This document shows, one piece after another, positions 62,401 to 64,000 of a stretch of DNA of 64,000 nt. The number at the start of each line of letters is the position of its first letter. The stretch's first letter is position 1. The position numbers were made by a program, and so were the translations under genes. Under the pieces are notes generated by a model. It worked only from the letters and a program-made list of their open reading frames with translations, searched no databases and had not been told where the DNA came from. Source of the stretch: Octopus bimaculoides (lineage: Eukaryota); the NCBI RefSeq assembly GCF_001194135.2, contig NC_068987.1, forward strand, positions 96,251,235-96,315,234. Direction: 5' to 3'.

Positions 62401-63341
62401 CATTTTCTTTATAGAATGCTAGTACTTTAGCAATCAAGAGACAAGAGAAAGTTCTTAGTGTCTATATATAGGACAACTATTTCCAAAGAGTTTTGTCAAG
62501 TGTAGGTGTCTTATCATATCTAATATTTTAGTTTCAACTACAAGCAAAATTCACAACCATTCTGATATATTCTTTGAAGTAAAGATATTAGTTTCAAGCT
62601 GCTATTTCATAGTAGTAATCCCTCATTATGTAGAAGAGACACCTCTTCATAGACATAATGACTTGACTTTTATTCAATGGTTTAGTTGGATCATTTCAGC
62701 TTCATAACCAGAGTTTTATCAAACATGTCCCCTAGCAGACAAGAGAAAAAGTTATTTCTTCATAATATTTGGCAGTATATATAATATTCTATCCTTATTA
62801 AAATTTTATTCTTGGGAACATTTAATTCTTACCTAATTAATAGTCTTATTGAACTTGTAGTATAGCTAATCCTTATTATTTGCTTTATAGTAGAATAATC
62901 TTTAATCTATATAAAACTGATAATGAGTTTTATAGTTTAATCTATCTAAGTGACAGTGAGATAAATGAAATCACTATAATGTGATAGATAATATTTAATC
63001 CAAAGAAAATCATAGTGAGATAATCTTTATTCCTAATATAGTAGCAGTAAAATAATGTTTAATTACTTTAATGTGATGGTAACATAATCTTTAAACCATA
63101 TGAAAATATAAAGAGGTAATCTTTAATCTCTATGAAGAAACATAATTTTTAATCCTTAAACATTGATAGTGAGATAATGTTTAATCTTTATGAAGTCATA
63201 GGAAGGCAATCTTTAATCTTTATAAAGTGGTGGTGAGATAATCTTTAATATTTACCAAGTCGAGATCCAATATTAATCCATCTGATGTCAAACCAAACCA
63301 TTTCTGATAATCAACTGCTGAAGCTGGCAACAGAAATGTAC
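35168..63341 (-). CDS. SLC15A4: SLC15/POT (PTR2) proton-dependent oligopeptide transporter, SLC15A4-like; 8 3' exons (448 aa), 5' end beyond window end
   Basis: Joined exons (1349 nt) contain [21 protein letters not shown] (PTR2 signature), [61 protein letters not shown] and [10 protein letters not shown]. The family is secure; the A4 paralog assignment is tentative. Confidence 0.93.
35944..36743 (+). mobile_element. Mariner-derived non-autonomous element with about 160-bp terminal inverted repeats
   Basis: tacgaagtctgatcaataagt...ctgtttacagcag is mirrored by gctgtaaacagcag...attgatcagaccacgta; internal transposase HTH remnant; partial copies at 35480-35610 and 44860-45380. Confidence 0.8.
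37648..37870 (+). mobile_element. tRNA-headed SINE family C; other copies at about 1075-1250, 7600-7990, 16660-16865, 18870-19020, 19420-19600, 29745-29930, 48950-49130, 60960-61150
   Basis: ggcggtgagctggcagaa...gagttcaaattcc (B box)...gcctttcatcctttcggggtcga...aagtacc; repeated in both orientations. Confidence 0.85.
37938..38072 (-). CDS. SLC15A4: SLC15 exon ([15 protein letters not shown]...ALTKN)
   Basis: 135 nt; ccttag acceptor, gtaaga donor. Confidence 0.96.
38317..39220 (+). mobile_element. Internally deleted mariner element with both TIRs
   Basis: TIRs tgaggtgttatcaaaaagttcc / ggaaactttttgataccacttt; [20 protein letters not shown] (HTH) and [20 protein letters not shown]...KWQECWD remnants. 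Confidence 0.88.
40227..40427 (-). CDS. SLC15A4: SLC15 exon (GFGLVLSAL...SSEVFTSVT)
   Basis: 201 nt; ctctag acceptor, gtaaaa donor. Confidence 0.96.
41567..41750 (-). CDS. SLC15A4: SLC15 exon (MSSTYFLQG...PTPLQRI)
   Basis: 184 nt; tttcag acceptor, gtaaat donor. Confidence 0.96.
42055..42790 (-). mobile_element. RTE-type LINE reverse transcriptase fragment (decayed)
   Basis: [35 protein letters not shown]...[22 protein letters not shown]...[10 protein letters not shown]; [12 protein letters not shown]. Confidence 0.88.
43441..43735. repeat. Old degenerate palindrome centred near 43589
   Basis: caaggagg...tttaatt...ataaaagttctaaagtttcatgaata is mirrored by tattcatgaacctttaaaacttttat...aattaaa...cctccttg. 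Confidence 0.7.
44347..44573 (-). CDS. SLC15A4: SLC15 exon ([11 protein letters not shown]...FYWAIYSQ)
   Basis: 227 nt; ttgcag acceptor, gttagt donor. Confidence 0.95.
44860..45380 (+). mobile_element. 5' part of the same mariner family as 35944-36743
   Basis: High similarity by eye to 35950-36450. Confidence 0.8.
45700..45925. repeat. Compound trinucleotide microsatellite (GTA/GGT/GTT/GCA)
   Basis: Direct inspection; produces spurious poly-T and poly-V ORFs. Confidence 0.95.
46485..46654 (-). CDS. SLC15A4: SLC15 exon ([13 protein letters not shown]...KHSYPT)
   Basis: 170 nt; tttcag acceptor, gtaagt donor. Confidence 0.96.
51200..51390. repeat. Compound (CAT/CAC)n microsatellite
   Basis: Direct inspection. 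Confidence 0.9.
52278..52563. mobile_element. hAT-type MITE
   Basis: TIRs caatggttcctaaa / tttgggaaccactg; degenerate 8-bp TSD gtttacgg / gttgaagg. Confidence 0.7.
53945..54150 (+). mobile_element. Possible Helitron 5' terminus
   Basis: atct-rich start, (CTGT)n tract and ccgatcgcgctgaaatttt, typical of non-autonomous Helitron left ends; lies upstream of the RepHel relic. Confidence 0.45.
55304..55975 (+). mobile_element. Helitron RepHel N-terminal fragment (decayed)
   Basis: [18 protein letters not shown]...[17 protein letters not shown]...FLNNIRQ*NSA.MTSFGA...KVQGQVYHLIG.LLP...QFLQIYF, with stops and frameshifts. Confidence 0.82.
56605..57210 (+). mobile_element. Non-LTR retrotransposon relic, R4/Dong/NeSL-like
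   Basis: [30 protein letters not shown]...MIPSWLV, and downstream RCRLC...[10 protein letters not shown] (CCHC). Confidence 0.7.
57290..57520. repeat. Unclassified repeat with an internal direct duplication (cataactttc...gatattttttaatgaa...gtagattcc, twice)
   Basis: Copies start near 57290 and 57451. Confidence 0.6.
59960..60099 (-). CDS. SLC15A4: SLC15 exon ([46 protein letters not shown])
   Basis: 140 nt; ttccag acceptor, gtttgt donor; PTR2 motif. Confidence 0.96.
60321..60415. repeat. 21-bp tandem repeat (gggatgagagaaagagagaYY), about 4.5 copies
   Basis: Direct inspection. Confidence 0.9.
61160..61560 (-). mobile_element. CR1/Jockey-group LINE relic (endonuclease-RT linker)
   Basis: [11 protein letters not shown]...FAPHFASN...TLDQPLP resembles the KAxxFAxxFSSNSTLD linker. 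Confidence 0.45.
62890..63253. repeat. Degenerate minisatellite of about 30-35 bp (gagataatctttaatc core)
   Basis: About ten recurrences of (a)atctttaatc directly abutting an SLC15 splice donor. Confidence 0.8.
63256..63341 (-). CDS. SLC15A4: SLC15 exon ([29 protein letters not shown])
   Basis: 86 nt; ttccag acceptor, gtaaat donor; joins in frame to TSRRVYF. Confidence 0.85.
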
Positions 63342-63954
63342 CTGGAATGTAGGAAAAAAGCAATGCAGTCACATGATCCCATAAACCATCTTGTTAACTT
63401 ATACAAAGCTGCAAGTACTGGCTTCCAGAATAGCCCTTTCCTTAGGAAGTAGTCAAATTAAAAAAAAAAAGAGTTAGTAAATAGGCACAGATGTGTCTAT
63501 ATTGTAAGAAGCTTGATTCCCAGCCATGTGGTTCTGGGTTCTGTCCCACCGTGTGTGATACCTCAAGCAAGTGTTTTCCACTATAGCTTCAGGCTGACAA
63601 AAGCCTTGTGAGTGAATTTGATAAATGGAAGACCCATCCTTGTATTCAAGGAGACCTGTCCTTCACAGCAGAAGTGTTATGGCTGAATCCCCTGGTGAAG
63701 AGGATTGGTCTGCAAGATCCCTGTGCAGGTGCCATGTAAAAAGCATACATGCCAGTACCACATAGGGCACTCATGCTGCTTCACATTAAAAGCACCCAGC
63801 ACACAGTAAACTGGTTGGCATTAGAAAAGGCATCCAACCATGGAGACCAAGCCAAATCAGACTGGAACCTGGTGCAGGTCTCCAGCTCTGGTCAAACCAG
63901 CCAACCCATGCCAGCATGAACAATGGTCATTAAAGGATGATGATGATGATGATA

Positions 63955-64000
<46 letters not shown>

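Overview
AT-rich eukaryotic genomic DNA with N gaps and dense microsatellites. The SINE/transposon landscape suggests an octopod cephalopod (Octopus); this is inferred, not proven. Three spliced genes were assembled by hand, each with continuous frame and GT-AG introns. (1) CDC16/APC6 on the minus strand: 14 coding exons from ATG 20439 down to 247, continuing off the left edge. (2) AKAP14 (AKAP28 family) on the plus strand, apparently complete: 5 exons, 20621-31755, 227 aa, head-to-head with CDC16 with only 181 bp between the ATGs and an RFX X-box in that gap. (3) The 3' 8 exons of an SLC15/POT peptide transporter on the minus strand, 63341 to stop 35168, with its 5' end off the right edge. 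Introns hold tRNA-type SINEs and relics of mariner, hAT, Helitron, RTE, R4/Dong-like, CR1/Jockey-like and Penelope elements. Best leads: the compact bidirectional promoter; a uORF overlapping the CDC16 start; a CxxC-x13-CxxC insert between two AKAP-like helices; a 5-bp duplication that may have frameshifted the AKAP14 C-terminus; several near-perfect foldbacks, some with hammerhead-like vestiges; and a mariner family carrying X-boxes in its ends. No wholly new gene system could be demonstrated. Repeat boundaries are approximate, and nothing was checked by computation or database search.
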